A stretch of 64,000 nt of DNA, from NCBI RefSeq assembly GCF_001194135.2, contig NC_068990.1, positions 30,368,227-30,432,226 on the forward strand, written 5' to 3'. Source of the DNA: Octopus bimaculoides. Taxonomy: Eukaryota. Made by a program: the position numbers and the translations under genes. The notes under the pieces were generated by a model. The model was not told where the DNA came from. It worked only from the letters and a program-made list of their open reading frames with translations, and did not search any database. Shown in pieces: positions 49,926 through 61,824 of the stretch; position 1 is the stretch's first letter, and every line of letters begins with the position of its first letter.

Positions 49926-50681
49926 TGTATATATATGTTTGTGTATATTGTCTGTATGATTTGTTCATTTTTGTCTGTTTTTCCTTGCCAGTATGGTTTA
50001 CATAAATACTTATTATTGTGGCTTTTTCTTACAGCCAGATGCTCTTCCTGTCACTAACCCTTACTGACCTGCTTTTCTGTCAAGGGATTTTAATTTCACA
50101 CTTTGAAAGTGTAGAGAAATTGGATGACCTATTGATAGGGAAATGACTAAAAATTCCTCAAGATGGTGCCCCAGCGTGGCTGTAGTCAAATGATGAAACA
50201 AGTAAAATAATAATAAACCCCCTCCTAATAATTGCAGGGGTTGCCTAGATGCACAGTCCATCAATCTTCTGTCTCTCTCACTCTTGTTGTTTCCTGTGTA
50301 CAGTTTGTTGTTCTCAGGTCAGCTGTGACCACATCTTTATAGGTTATCTTTGATCTACCTCCTTATTATGAACCGTGTTCAAACTCAATTTAAAGATACT
50401 TTTTTCTGGCCACACTCTATTGCACTAAAACTTCACTGTCACATTGCTAATTTCTGTGATGTTGTGAGTCAGCCATGTTTATCATTGACACTGGGATTGC
50501 AGAAGTTTCCTTTCAACTTTCAAGTTCTTTGCCACCCTTTTTTCTCTCTTCTTCACTCTCAGAGAGCAAGCCCTCACTTTAAATTCTACACTCCTCACAT
50601 TTGAACTTAGTCATACTCACTCTGGGACGACTGTTGCTGACTCATGAGTTTTCTTAGATTTTAGACTTTTTTTTTACTAAG

Positions 50682-50714
<33 letters not shown>

Positions 50715-50884
50715 TTTTTTTTTTTAATATTGGATCTTAAAGTACATCACAAAGCTATGTACTCTGTGTTGTAAGATTATTTCATGTTCTCTCAAAAGTT
50801 TATAAGATTCTTATGTCAACAATATATATATGTGTGTGTGTGTGTGTGTGTATACATATATATGTGTATATAATTTGTCTTATA

Positions 50885-51110
50885 AGGTGCAGGTGTGGCT
50901 GTGTGGTAAGTAGCTTGCTTCCCATCACATGGTTCTGGGTTCAGTCCCATTGTGTGGTACTTTGGGCAAGTGTCTTCTACTGTAACTTTGGGCCAACCAA
51001 AACCTTGTGAGTGGGTATAGTATATATATATATATATGTGTATGTTTGTGTGTTTATCACCCACCACCAATTGGTAACTGGTGTTGGTTTGTTTATGTCC
51101 CCATAACTTA
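50885..51110 (+). mobile_element. SINE family B 5' two-thirds
   Basis: ggtgcaggtgtggctgtgtggtaagtagcttgcttccc...tttatgtccccataactta. Confidence 0.85.
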
Positions 51111-51257
51111 TCTTAGACCTTCTTGAAGAATTTTTGCTGAACAAATCAACTCCAGTACTTTTTTGTTAAGCCTGGCTTCTATTGGTCTCTTTGTTTGAAC
51201 AAAATTTTCCATTGTGTTTTAATATTCATTTATACACATGCGTGTGTGTATATATAT

Positions 51258-51313
<56 letters not shown>

Positions 51314-51452
51314 ATTGAAAAGTTGTTTTCTGATATAGTGTGAGTGATTTTCAGTTTAAATAAAATTTTTAAGACTTTTTGTGCATTTCAGTTTTTTTTT
51401 TTCCTTAAAACTGTTTTTTTTTTAAAAATATTTTCTTTTTCTTATTTTCTAG

Positions 51453-51554
51453 GAAAGAGTACATGCTAAAGATCCCCCTAATGTCTACCTTAACAAACTC
51501 CGAACTTACTTGGATCCACGTGCCAGTCGGAATCACAGAGTTCGAACACTATAT
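51453..51554 (+). CDS. FMNL: Next FMNL coding exon: [34 protein letters not shown]
   Basis: Acceptor ttttctttttcttattttctag (AG 51451-51452) and donor TAT|gtaagt (51555). The exon is 102 nt, phase 0/0, in frame with 32102-32185. It matches FMNL/Frl E..xxK(D/N)PP..Y(L/I).KL(R/K).YLDP. Confidence 0.9.
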
Positions 51555-51723
51555 GTAAGTAGTTTAAAAACCAATCAAAGTTGCATCAAAAATGGTTGAC
51601 TTTTCTTTTTTCAGGAAAAAGGTTCAAAATATTTTCTAATCCTTTACAACTGAAAACCTGGGTAGGGTACCCAACATGTTAATTACTCTCATTAGATTAC
51701 AAACACAGCAAAATTGTTCACCT

Positions 51724-52019
51724 CAGTGGTTCTCAACTGGGGTCCATATAAGATTTTTGGGATTCCACACAAGCAAAATATTGAATTAGGGACCCACAGT
51801 AGTATATCAAGAGTCCATGAAAAAAATTTTGTTTTAGATGTATTCATTGCAAGAAACAGCTAGGTTTTAATGCGTGAAAATCAAAATAGGAATTTTGAAA
51901 GAAGTATCTATAAAACAGGTTTTTAAACATCAGATGGCTTTGGGGGTCCACCAGAGCTAAATAGTAATCAAGTGGGGTCCAGAGGTAGAAAAAAAAAAAG
52001 AAATGGTTGGAAACCACTA
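51724..52019. mobile_element. hAT-like MITE (related partial copies at ~12279-12533 and ~53045-53222)
   Basis: cagtggttctcaac ... gttggaaaccacta termini with ggggtcca subterminal motifs; no TSD found. Confidence 0.65.
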
Positions 52020-52327
52020 CTCAAAATGATCGCATCTGAATGAAAGATAAAGTCATTATGACCAGAATGCCTTTAATCACAGGTCTACTGGATCAGAACT
52101 GACTTTTGGTTAAAAAACACCTATTTCCACCTTCACAATATGAATGCATTAAAAAGCTGTTTTTCTTTTCTTTTACTGATACAACTATTATGCCTTGTCT
52201 TTCTCTGAACTTTGCTAACTCTGTGTTATCTCCATCTAAACCTATTTATTACATTACTTTTTCTTGTTCTCATAATCTTCCCTGACTCGTGTTTATCATT
52301 TCACAATAGCCACCCTAACTCTCTCTA

Positions 52328-52365
<38 letters not shown>

Positions 52366-53283
52366 ATGCCATTTCTCCAAATATATTAATATTCAACAAT
52401 CCATATAAACATTTTTCTCTCGTTTACTTCCGTGTTCCTTTCTGTCGAAAGGCTTGAAACATAAAAGACTTTCTCATTTCCTGAGCGTTAAACTAATACA
52501 TCTGTTTGTTGTTTACACACCCATCTTCATCTTTTGTATTTTTGTAAATTCTCACCATATAAAATGTTGGTTTTCTAACTTCTATCAACCTCTAATCAAA
52601 GATCAGGAGCATATTCCCTTCCTCCAGAACAATTTTATTATATGGAATAAAAGACTATGGATGCTGTATGTCTTCTAATCGTTGTTTTCCAGTTGGATTC
52701 CATTTTCAGTGTATGTGTGTCTTCATCATTTGCTAATGTGTAACAATTCAAACTGCCTAAAACCTCTCTGTCCTCCCAATTCTCAAGTTTCAAGATGGGA
52801 GCTGACTGAGTTGTTTGGAAGAAACTTGTTGCTATTTAGCTCCCGGTCAGACCTCACTGGGCAAACCTATGATAAATGTTTTAGGCCTTCCTGTTTAAAG
52901 CTGCTACAATGTAATTTGAGAGAGATTAAACTGCTAGTTCTAGTAGGTCAAACATACCTAGTCCTTTATTGGCTTGTAAGATGTAGTGTGTGAGGCTAAG
53001 TGTAACTACTTGATCCCTTCTAAACCAGCAAGGGGACACATACACTGGGTAGCCTCAACTGGAGCCCATATGGCCTTTGGGGTCCATATCAGGTTTTGTT
53101 GTTAAAATTTATCTCCGATAAATTGGTTATACTTCTAAAAAACATAAAATGTTTAAAGAATTTTTTATACAATTTCTAATAATATTTAATTATAAAAATA
53201 CGATAGGGTCTTTTAAACATTGATGCTGGTACATTATTTACATTATTTACATTTGTTGGATATTTGTCCTCATCTTTGTTGTT

Positions 53284-53329
53284 AACACAATGTTTTGGCT
53301 GAGATACACCCCAGCCTTCATCAGGTGTC
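53284..53329 (-). ncRNA. Degenerate minimal type I hammerhead ribozyme motif (second arm)
   Basis: Minus strand: gacac-CTGATGA-a-ggctg[gggtgtatct]cagcc-AAAA-C-ATT-gtgtt. Confidence 0.55.
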
Positions 53330-53495
53330 TTGGGGGAAATTTCGAACCTGGGTTCTCATTCCTAAAGTATTTTTCTATGTTATTATTATCATTATTATTC
53401 AGGTCACTGCCTGAAATTGAACTCGCTCTTGACCACTATGCCATATGCCCATGGGCTCCTAACCCCAAGATTCTGAGTTCAATTCCAGGCAGTGA

Positions 53496-53526
<31 letters not shown>

Positions 53527-53648
53527 GGTGTACGGAAAACACTTGGCGAGAAATGGAAGAAAATTTGAAGAAAGAAGAAAAATAACAACATAATAATAAT
53601 ATCAAAAGATACCTTAGGAATGAGAACCCAGGTTCGAAATTTCCCCAA

Positions 53649-53694
53649 GACACCTGATGAAGGCTGGAGGGTATATCGGCCAAAATGTTGTGTT
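53649..53694 (+). ncRNA. Degenerate minimal type I hammerhead ribozyme motif (Penelope-type)
   Basis: gacac-CTGATGA-a-ggctg[gagggtatat]cggcc-AAAA-T-GTT-gtgtt. Stems I and II and CUGAUGA are intact; GAAAC has decayed to AAAAT. Confidence 0.6.
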
Positions 53695-53765
53695 AACAAC
53701 AAACAAGATGAGGACAAATATCTGTCAAATGTAAATAATTCCTCATCTCTTAAATATAAAACTGT

Positions 53766-54100
53766 ATTGATGCTGGTGTCACATAACTTGCATCTGTGCT
53801 GGTGGCACGTAAAAAGCACCTTTCAAGCATTGGACTTCATGGGGGTAAAGCGACTGATGCTGGTGGTGCATGAAAAGCTCCTTTCAAGTGTTGGGCTTCA
53901 TGGAGGCAATGACCAAGACCTTTGGCATTATGTCATGCTTGAGAAGACCCATCAAACTAAGTAAAATTGCAGTCATGGCAGATACTGGTTTCACGCAAAT
54001 GGCACCAGTACCGGTGGCACATAAAAGCACCCATTGCACTCTTGGAGTCATTGGTGTTAGGAAGGGCATCCAGCTGTTGAAACAATGCTAAATCAGACTG
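53766..54100 (+). mobile_element. SINE family C copy, target of the fold-back insertion
   Basis: gatgctggtgtcac...ggtggcacgtaaaaagcacc units; core at ~54050. Confidence 0.8.
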
Positions 54101-54507
54101 GATGACAGACTTCACTCAGTGAAATATACCATGTCCTTTATTCATGAAATTTACCAGGTTTCTCATTAGACCCCTAAAAACAAGGGGAAGATAATTGTTT
54201 CCTTGAAAGTGGTATTTCCTTTCCATAGATTCCTTATCTCTTCTCATTTCCCCCATAATCTGTTTTAATCACTTCTAATTCCACCCTATCCCTGGTGTTC
54301 TAATTACACACAGCCGTCTTATGTCAAATTCACTTTGGTCAGCTGTTTTTACACTTTCAGATTAGAACTAATAAATTTTCAGCTTTTTTTTTTGTTGTTG
54401 CAAAGAGTTTTATGTTTCTCTCTCACTCTCTCTCCCCTTTTTATTGTTTGTTTGTTTTTCATTGTTTTCTCCTATATAATTTAATGTTATCAAAATTTGT
54501 TACATCA

Positions 54508-54865
54508 CAGCATGGCTGTGTGGCTAAGAAACTTGCAACCTTGTTTTGGGTTCAGTTCCACTGCATGGCACCTTAGGCAGGTGTCTTCTTCTTTAGTCCC
54601 TGAGCCAACCAAAGTGAATTTGGTAGACAGAAACTGTTTGGGAGTCTGTTTTGTGTGTATAGCATGTGTTTGTCTCCCACTCTCCATCTGACAACTGGTG
54701 TTGGTTTGTTTATGTCCTATTCTAATAGTTCAACAAAAGAGACTGATAGAATTGACTGATAGAATTGATAGAATAAGTACCAAACTAAAAAAAAACAAAA
54801 AAACCATAAATCCTGGTGTTGATTTGTTTGACTAAACCCTCTAAGGTGGTGCCCCATTCTGGCCA
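54508..54865 (+). mobile_element. SINE family B copy
   Basis: Co-linear with 45635-46040. Confidence 0.85.
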
Positions 54866-55168
54866 GGGCCCAGGGTTCTGGTTAATTATAGATTTAGAGT
54901 TTCCTAGTTTGTGACTGTGTGTTCTTCAGAACCAGCAGGACATTCTCAGTGCAGTCTCTTGACTCTTGATGCCATCACTTACAGAATTTCTCTTCACTCA
55001 AGAGCAAAAAGTGCTATGATTCTTCACCTGTATCTTTGACTGTATGGTTCTTCAAGTGATTCAAATCATTTTTGACTGTCCATGTAGATCTGTGTAGGGT
55101 TGTGTGTACGGATATATGTCCATGTGTATGTATGTATGTGTACGCGCACGCACGCGCACGCACACACG

Positions 55169-55199
<31 letters not shown>

Positions 55200-55428
55200 T
55201 GAAATTGCAGTTGTGGCAAATACCAGTGTCATGTAAATGGCACCCGTGCTGGTGGCATGTAAAAGCACCCATCACATTCTTGGAGTGGTTGGCGTTAGGA
55301 AGGGCATCCAGCTGTAGAACCCATGCCAAATCAGACTGGACTCTGGTGCAGTGCTCCAGCTTGCCAGTCCTGGTCAAACTGTCCAACCCATGCCAGCATG
55401 GACAACGAATGCTAAATGATGATGATAC
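55200..55428 (+). mobile_element. SINE family C copy (left arm of hairpin)
   Basis: Core at 55285-55315; (gat)n tail. Confidence 0.88.
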
Positions 55429-55449
55429 ACGTGCACATACACACATACA

Positions 55450-55735
55450 CACCATTTAACGTCCATTTTCCATGCTGGCATGGGTTGGATGGTTTGACAG
55501 GAGCTGGCAAGGCTGGAGAGCTGCACCAGGCTCCAATTATCTGTTTTGGCACAGTTTCTACAGCTGGATGCCCTTCCTAATGCCAACCACTTTATAGAGT
55601 GGACTGGGTGCTTTCTATGTGGCACCAGCATGGATACTCTATATGTGGCACCAACCCAGATGCTTCTTACATGATGCCAGCATGGGTGCTTTTCAGGTGA
55701 CACCAGCATGGGAGCTTTTTACATGGCATCAGCAT
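55450..55735 (-). mobile_element. SINE family C copy (right arm of hairpin)
   Basis: Reverse complement of 55246-55426, plus extra tandem units. Confidence 0.88.
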
Positions 55736-56619
55736 ACGTGTGTGTGTGTGTGTGTGTATCCACAGATTTATTTATCCTGTATTTGATGGCATATAATGTG
55801 CACATTTCCACTCAAAACCTTATTTAAAAAAATATTGCCCCGAGACCCAAATGTAAAGTTACTTTAAATATTACATACTTTAATGCTTTAAAGATTTTGT
55901 TCCTGAATATGTGCTGCTGAAATTGGGGTGCGTCTAATTGACCATGCGTCTTTTATGCCATTAAATACACTATGTAATACATATATGCGTGTGTGTGTGT
56001 GTGTGTGTGTGTTTATATAGTTTTGTTTAATGTGTGTTTTTCCTAGCTAACATAGCCTAGACAGGAGGTAATTGAAGCAAGATTTTTACGCCTAGATGCT
56101 CTTCCTCTCCATCTTTCACACACACACCCACACACAGACGTGTGTGTGTGTGTGTGTGTGTGTTCATTGATAGTCTGGACCTGACTGTTTTAGCAAAAAT
56201 GGTGGGTATTTTCTATTTGCCATGTCAGTTGTTCCCATTACGTGTTGGTGACATAAGTTATTTGTTTACTGTAGAATGAAACTCCGTCTCACATTGTCTT
56301 CTCTCTTTCCCCTCCACATTTACTCTTTGCTCTAATTATACAAATTGTTTTTGTTTCTCAGTATCTGCTGTTCTCCATTTAAAAGCAATGGTGTTTCCAA
56401 CTAGTGTGATGTGTTTAACTCTTTTGATACCAACCTGTCCATGTTCCATGATACTGACTTCCTGTTTTTTAAACACTATATAAATTAAAACTACTAGAAT
56501 TATATTTTATGTTCCAAACAGCAGTTTAATAATGACCAAGTTATTTTACTAAATTTTACATTATTTTCAAAATGAATTCCAACAGAAATATGGTAACCAA
56601 AAGTTCATGTGAATGAGGG

Positions 56620-58590
56620 TAGATTGACATAATTGGTTGGGAATTGAATAAAATATCTTGCTTTTTAGTTAGGTCTTCTAATACTCTAATTCTAATCTCT
56701 TAGCAGAGTTGGTTTTTGTCTTTCATCCTTTCCTAGTCATGAAAATAAAGTACAAGTGAAGTACTCGGTCAATATGTTTAGCTGCTCCAAATCTGGGTAA
56801 CTTCATGTCTTTGCTAGAAATTCTACATTTTTGTTTTATTTGATTTTAAGCATTATGTCATTACCTCTTCTCCACCTAAAAACACACACCCTGAATATTT
56901 TAAGAATGAAGCCTCATAGCTGTAGGGAAGCATGTGCTGTGATGTTCATGCTTTCCCTAAAGGAGTTAACGACTAATGTGAAGTGGTTCCAAGTGGTGTC
57001 ATTAACACAAACGAATGAAATTTTTCATAGCCAGAACTATTGGATTGCCATGCGTGTATAAGTGGCTACGTGTCTGTGTGTATATACGAGAAAGGGAGTA
57101 TGGTGTCATGTATGTGACTCATTTTAAAACTAGTAGTCATTCTTCTGAATTGGCTGGTTAATTATTTACTGCTGTATCAAGTAGTGTCCCGCAGTAAATG
57201 TCTGGGATAGGCTATCCAATTGGTGTCACAGAATCTAAAACAACAGCAAATATAATTATAATTTAAAAGTTAGTATTGGTAATTTTAAATTTAGAATCAT
57301 CTGTTTTATAGCATCTATTAGATATTTGTAACACTAACAATAACTTATCTTCTCTCTCTGAGGCACCATGCTCTTGATGAAAGCTGTTAATGCGGTTGTC
57401 TAAAAGAAAATGTGTTGCTGCAATAGAAGGAAAAATCATTAACTCTTAGTTTTGATAATTAAAATAACATTTGTTACAAATACTGGATTATTAAATATTC
57501 CTGTAAATGTCAGAATTGGTCATTGGACAAATATGTGTTGCAAGTATTTAGCTGCATCCCTTTATATTCTGCATTCAGATCTTGCTGTTGTTCACTTGTT
57601 TACTTTCCAAGGTTGATAAAACATCAGGCAAAATATTTTGGTGAATTAAATCAACTCTAGCCTTTCCCACCAAAATATGGAACCAATATTAGACATGGTT
57701 GTTGTTATATTGTAGCAAGAAATCTTGTTCTTGTAATGGTAAAGGCACTAATGTACCACATCTACTCGCGGTGGCATTCACTTGGGGTGGATTCTGCTGG
57801 CTCCAACCGAGTTCACCACATCCTTCATGAATGCTGACCACATCTGATGGCCAGCCACAGTTGAGACTGTAATGGATGCCTACTCCCAGTTCCACTGATG
57901 AAGACTATAGTTATGGGGCCTAATTGTCCATCCCTGACAACCTTTACTGTTACCAACCACATCTTCAGTTGTCCTCCAGCTTGTTTGCATCAGCCTAGGA
58001 AGGGAGCTGGGTTGGCCATCTTGCAAACAAATTCCCCCAGAGGCTGATGGAGTGTATGGCCAAGCCATCTTAGATATCTTTTGAGTAGAGCTTGTTGCAG
58101 AGAGCTGATGCAGCAGTGTTGTCATATTTCAGGGTTCAAAATGAAGGCCCTAATGTAATAAGAATTATAAGGTCCTCAACTAAATGCTTGTTATTGATAA
58201 AGTAGCGATGTTGTTCTTGTTATTGTTGTAGTAATGATGTGGCAAGAATTATAAAGTGTCACTGTATTTAGTTTTGTCTCGTTTCCTTCTCAGCTCAGAT
58301 TCTGTTGAGCCTTCTTTGCTTTCATCATTCCTGTGTTGATCAAATAAGTGTAGACAAATACAGGCTTCAACTCAACTGGCTCCCAACCCTTGTCCACAAA
58401 TATTTCTCACTCTGCAGCAAAGTTAGTAATTATATGTAAGAAACCCTTAATTTTTGTTGTTTTTATTGATATTGCTTTTCATCCTTTCAGGGATCAATAA
58501 AACCAGATTAGTCAATTCTGGGGCTGGTTTAATTATTTGATAGAACCCTTTCCCCAGATTTTCTCATGTACCTTTGTTAGAAAACCATTA
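56620..58590 (+). mobile_element. Four diverged SINE family A-like copies (~56620-56830, 57500-57690, 58240-58420, 58460-58590) with non-SINE spacers
   Basis: Each retains ..ggcagaatt../ttcatcctttc...ataaa..aagt motifs; highly decayed. Confidence 0.6.
57760..58125 (-). mobile_element. Decayed RTE-clade LINE 3' end
   Basis: Minus strand: RYLRWLGHTL...GGQLKMWLVTVK...WSAFMKDVVNSVGASRIHPK*MPPRV, resembling RTE C-termini (RLRWFGH..GGQLKTW..WxxxxRDVVNSIG). Confidence 0.75.
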
Positions 58591-59039
58591 TTATTTTATT
58601 AAGTTTTATAAACTTCATTTCTGGCATTAATCCATCCAAGCTTTTAATTTTGAATGATGCGTTTCATTGTCGACTAATGACACGACTGACTGACTTGTTG
58701 TATTTGAATGACTACTAAAGGGCTACAGACAGTGTGCAGTGAAAATATTCTTCTCAGAAGCCACTATAAAGATAGCTTTGTAGTTTTGGGTTATATATCT
58801 AAGGTGTATATGGTACATAGCTTATATATGAGATGGAAATAAAAGCACAGTTTCAATTCAGGAGAACGTATTTAGTTTAAAACAGGACGTTCAATCATTA
58901 AGTGTTGGTTTGTGTAAATGTTTTTGATTGCATTTACACTTTGAATTGGCACAGACCACAGGTAGGAAATGTCTTGTGTTCATGCTGTTTACTTTTTGTG
59001 TCACCATTATGGTTGATGAAATAATTACTTATGATATAG

Positions 59040-59375
59040 GCTCAGGCATGGTTGTGTGGTCATAGATGTTTGCTTCTCAACTGCATGGTTCTGGGCAAGT
59101 GTCTTCTACTATAGCCTTGGGCCGACCAAAGCCTGGTGAGTGGAATTGATACATGGAAACTGAAAGCCTATCATATGTATGTCTTTGTGTTCATGTTTGT
59201 CATTTGACAACTAGTGTTGGTGTGTATATATGTAATTTAGTGGTTTGGCAAAGGAGACCAAAAAAATAAATACCAGGCTTAAAAAATAAGCTCTGAGGTT
59301 GATTTAACTAAATGCTCTTTAAGGCAGTGCCCCAGCATGGCCGCTAATGACTGAAGCAAGTAAAAGCTATAAAGA
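59040..59375 (+). mobile_element. SINE family B copy
   Basis: Co-linear with 45635-46040. Confidence 0.85.
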
Positions 59376-59649
59376 TAATATACAAGATTTAGGCAAGTGT
59401 TTACTCCATCTTTTATTATTATTGCTTCAAACTGTCTCCTCTTTCTGTTGTTACAGCCTCTGCTCCTCAGAGTTGGTTGCTCTCATGCTACCAAACTCAG
59501 ACATTCCTGACCCTCTTGTCTTTCTGATCATATCATGTTTAACCCCTCATTAATCACTCTACCCTGTCTTTTCTTCCCAGAACACCAATCCTCTGAGCTT
59601 CCTCCTAATTCATGTCTGATGTTGACTTACAAAGGTTCAAGGGGAATAA

Positions 59650-59865
59650 TATTCTTTTCTACTTTAGGCACAAGGCCCGAAATTTTTGGGGAGGGTCCAA
59701 TCGATAAGATCAACCCCAGTACGCAACTGGTACTTAATTTATTGACCCTAAAAGAATGAAAGCAAAGTCAACCTTGGCGGAATTTGAACTCAGAATGTAA
59801 AGACAGACAAAATACTGCCAAGCATTTTTCCCGGCGTGCTAATGTTTCCGCCAGCTCAACATCTT
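59650..59865 (-). mobile_element. Well-preserved SINE family A copy
   Basis: ctactttaggcacaaggcccgaaattt...accttggcggaatttgaactcagaatgtaaag...ccgccagctc. Confidence 0.9.
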
Positions 59866-60319
59866 ACAAGAGGAATAATATTACTAGAGGAATGTTAATG
59901 GCATCAATCACACTGGCTTTAGAGGGACTGCAAAGGCCATGAGCACAACACCTTCCTTCAGATTCAACCTAGTAAATAAAATAAAACAAATTCTCTCATA
60001 TGTTTGACTTTTGTGAAAGTTTGTCTACCATATAGAAATGATTAATGTAATTAACTGATTTAATTACCAAGAATATGGTAGAACGAAATCAATAATACAA
60101 TAATACTTACAATGGTTACAGTTCTCTGGGTTTACTAGTATGGCATCCAACTGTAGAAACCTTGCCAGATCTGATTGGAGCCTGGTACAGCCTTCTGGCT
60201 TGCCAGTCCTCAGTCAAACCGTCCAACCCATGGAAAGCAGACGTTGAATGATGATGATTATATTGATATAGTGAGTCACTATACTTGGCAATCTTCCATC
60301 CATGACCTACCCAGTTAAA

Positions 60320-60480
60320 TCCATCAGAAGTTTTATTGGGTTCTTTTCCTGTTTTCATTGACCTTTCTGCAGGCGAGGGTTTTGTGGTCATACAATTCCG
60401 GTCTAAATGTTTGTTCATCTTGTCAAACCCTTTGCTTCTCCTGTGTATCACATCTGATGCGCAGGACATATTTCCCTGAC
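60320..60480 (-). mobile_element. Possible RTE-like LINE C-terminal remnant
   Basis: KTLACRKVNENRKR weakly resembles K.ILQGKV.GKRKRG; highly decayed. Confidence 0.3.
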
Positions 60481-61824
60481 ATCCATTTATTATATATGAT
60501 GCACATTTTCAATTTATTTCAACTACCAGAGTAACTTGGGACTTATGAAAGGAAATCTTTATATTACTCAAAACATTTGAAACCAGGGCCAACTGAAAGT
60601 CTGAAAACAAACATGGACATTTAAGACAAACTTATGAAAATACTTTGGACAGATAAATGGATAAAGATTAGAGTGTTTATCAATTTATCTTGGCTTGATC
60701 TTTAATAATCTACCATCAAATATTGTGATGTTATTTCATTACACTAATATCATTCATTAATGTTTCTTTTATGTGGCTGAAAAATTAAATAAATAAATAA
60801 AAAATGCCTTGTTGTTTGTGTGTGTGCTGGTGTCTATGTTAGCTTTGGTCATTTGCCTTTGCGAACTGTTTCATTGCAGCCAATAGTTTACCTGGATCTT
60901 CCAGGTATGTGCATCTGGTTACTGGTCAGTAGACTGTTGATGGGATTGCTGCTGTTCTGCTTCTGGGTTACAACCCATCTTCTTGTTGTTCGCGTAAACT
61001 TCAACATTCTGGTAGGTGCTCAATCCAGTCCTGCGTAGTCACTAAGTCCTCCCCTAATCTAGTCGTTTATATAGAGCCATCACAGTGTTTCTGCATGACC
61101 TACCTCTTGTTTCTCTCTTCGTTGCTGTGACATTTTACAAATAAAAACTTCAAAAAATATTGAGCTTGCATTTTGTAATATTTAGGATCTCTCTCTCTTT
61201 CTCTCCTCTTCCCTCTCTATCTCTATCTCTATTTTCTCTGTCTCTGCCCTGTTTGTGTGTGATGGTGTTGTGTGTATGTACTTGTTTTTAATAAACATAC
61301 AACTTAACCCCAATGTGATAAGTAAACAAAATGACCACACCGTGGATTTCATCTCTCTGTGGACAGAAAAAAGGATCAATCTGACTAGTTTCGAGTGCTA
61401 TTATACCTTCATCAGAAAACCAATAAACCATTGTCATTGTATGGAAGAATTAATAGGTTCCTATAGCTCTTGTATACAATTTCAGACTCATAAAATGTGT
61501 GGTGTATGCATTTTGTCTTCTTTTTCACTGCCAAGTGTTTATTTAAAAATAACTATTACAAATTATCAAAAACCTGGTATACATTAGGGATGACTGAATG
61601 CACTTACACCTGCAACCACACAAGCATGTGTGGTTGTGATGCTACATTCTTTGAATACCTGGTGTATCATTTGATAAGCTCTCTCCATTACTTTGCGGTT
61701 TGTAGTAGTGCCATTGGTTGAATAGAATCTTTAGTAAATGGATCTGTTAATCATTAACTCATCAGTGACGGAGAAAGTCAAGAACAGTTATAAAAACAAA
61801 CTTCTTTCACTTGCTTTAGGCGCC

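Larger units (their letters stand above)
32186..51452 (+). other. FMNL: 19,267-nt GT-AG intron of FMNL
   Basis: Lies between two contiguous in-frame FMNL exons; begins gtaatt, ends ttctag. Confidence 0.85.
53231..53765. mobile_element. Fold-back insertion: two inverted copies of a tRNA-headed short element with a hammerhead-bearing tail, flanked by a 12-bp direct repeat
   Basis: Arms ~53240-53424 and ~53475-53745 are reverse complements. attgatgctggt occurs at 53219-53230 and 53766-53777. A-box TGGCATAGTGG (minus strand), B-box GAGTTCAATTCC. Confidence 0.85.
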
